Assembly (NCBI GenBank): GCA_044355825.1
Contig: JBIKXJ010000001.1
Location: forward strand, 1 to 27,472
Source of the DNA: Planctomycetaceae bacterium
GTDB lineage: Bacteria; Planctomycetota; Planctomycetia; Planctomycetales; Planctomycetaceae
Direction: 5' to 3'
Length of the DNA stretch: 27,472 bases
The notes below the pieces were generated by a model. It made no database searches. It saw nothing but the letters and a program-made list of their open reading frames with translations, and was not told the origin of the DNA. The position numbers were made by a program, and so were the translations under genes. Position 1 is the stretch's first letter. Each line of letters opens with the position of its first letter. This document shows, piece after piece, positions 26,269-27,472 of the stretch.

Positions 26269-27472
26269 ATGGACGCTCCGCTGAAATTGGGAATAATTGG
26301 CGGTGGTGTGAATTCTGCTGTTGGCAGAGTTCATCATATTGCTGCGCAGCTCGATCAATACTGGAAAATCGAATGCGGATGTTTCAGTCGAAAAAAAGAG
26401 ATTAACGATGCGACTGCAACTTCGCTTGGACTGTCGCGTGACGCGCGATTTGGAGAATGGCAGGAATTGCTGGATGATGCTTGCATTGACGCGGTTGCAA
26501 TTCTAACGCCTACGCCGACACATGCAGAAATCATCGAGGCAGCCCTTATTAGAAGAATTCCGGTAATTAGCGAAAAATCGCTGGCCCTGAGCTCCATCGA
26601 GGCGTCGAGAATCCGTCGGTTGGAAAAGGAGACGGGCGGGTTCCTGGCTGTTACTTACAATTACCCCGGGTACCCGATGATCCGCGAATTGCGCGACTGG
26701 ATTCAGTCGGGCCGGTTGGGGCAACTGCTGCACATCGACGCACAGATGCCTCAGGAAAGCTATATCCGCTGCATGAACTCCGCAGGAGCTCGACCCACTC
26801 CTCAGGCATGGCGGATGCGGGACTATGAAATTCCCACGGTTTCGCTGGACCTTGGAGTGCATCTGCATCACCTGGTGGATTTCCTAACAGGCCAGAAGCC
26901 GGCCAGTGTTTGTGGGATTCAGCGCACGGGTGGATTCTTTCCAGCTGTCATTGACTCCGTCGAATGCCTTGCCCGCTACAGCGGCGGGCTGCAGATCAGG
27001 TTGTTCTTTGGCAAGTGCTTCCTTGGACAGGCAAACGGACTAAGAATTCGCATTTCGGGTACTGAAGGGGCGGCTGAATGGTACCAGATGCGGCCCGAGG
27101 AACTGATGTTCTCCGACAAATACGGTTCAACCCAACTCATCACGCGGGCGGCCTGCGATCTGGCTGTGTGCAATGCCGACAGATACGCCCGATTCAAGCC
27201 CGGTCACCCAGCCGGTTATATCGAAGCGTTTGCGAATTGCTATGCAGACCTTGCCCTCGCAGTCGCCGGTCACCTCCGCGGCCGGGTAGGTACCGGGGAA
27301 CGGGAATTTGTAGCAGGCAGCAAAGTGGCACTGGAAGGTCTGCTTTTGCTGGAAGCAGTCGCCAAATCAGCAAGAGTCGGAACCTGGGTCGTGCCGGAAA
27401 CAACTGATATCGATTCGCCGGAGGAAGTCGAAAACCTGCCCGCTGCGTCGGTAGACTCCCTCGAGGGTACAC
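26269..27472 (+). CDS. Gfo/Idh/MocA family oxidoreductase, truncated by the right window edge (absent from the ORF track)
   Basis: Manual translation: GGAG at 26257-26260, ATG at 26269, MDAPLKLGIIGGGVNSAVGRVH...DAVAILTPTPTH...PVISEKSL...VTYNYPGYPMIRE...QMPQES...DLGVHLHH...RFKPGHPAGYIEAFANCY. No stop in 401 codons. Confidence 0.9.
   Translation, partial: MDAPLKLGIIGGGVNSAVGRVHHIAAQLDQYWKIECGCFSRKKEINDATATSLGLSRDARFGEWQELLDDACIDAVAILTPTPTHAEIIEAALIRRIPVISEKSLALSSIEASRIRRLEKETGGFLAVTYNYPGYPMIRELRDWIQSGRLGQLLHIDAQMPQESYIRCMNSAGARPTPQAWRMRDYEIPTVSLDLGVHLHHLVDFLTGQKPASVCGIQRTGGFFPAVIDSVECLARYSGGLQIRLFFGKCFLGQANGLRIRISGTEGAAEWYQMRPEELMFSDKYGSTQLITRAACDLAVCNADRYARFKPGHPAGYIEAFANCYADLALAVAGHLRGRVGTGEREFVAGSKVALEGLLLLEAVAKSARVGTWVVPETTDIDSPEEVENLPAASVDSLEGT

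Noticed and set aside
1-27472. CRISPR array, IS or integrase, tRNA or rRNA, defence system
   Set aside because: I saw no regularly spaced repeats, transposase/recombinase motifs, cloverleaf structures or nuclease/ATPase defence motifs on either strand.

Overview
GC-rich bacterial DNA whose gene families (DUF1559 pilin-like, ASPIC/UnbV, DUF1592/DUF1552) point to a planctomycete. Three blocks. (1) 1-9702, mostly minus strand: an uncharacterised cell-envelope cluster with a DUF1559 prepilin-type protein, two FG-GAP/ASPIC-UnbV (CRTAC1-like) beta-propeller proteins, a membrane-anchored TPR protein, an LRR lipoprotein, a small divergent lipoprotein, and the N-terminus of another lipoprotein at the left edge. 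(2) 9813-11870: divergent housekeeping genes hisF and aroB. (3) 12328 to the end, plus strand: an exopolysaccharide locus (Wzc-like tyrosine kinase, WcaI-like GT4, fcl, two tandem gmd paralogs, a stand-alone EpsI-like protein). It is followed by a LamG/TPR-haem c-DUF1592 protein, its DUF1552 partner, a LamG/TPR-only paralog, and a lower-GC Gfo/Idh/MocA oxidoreductase that runs off the right edge and is missing from the ORF track. I saw no rRNA, tRNA, CRISPR array, transposase or integrase. Family assignments come from recognising motifs by eye; no database searches were run.
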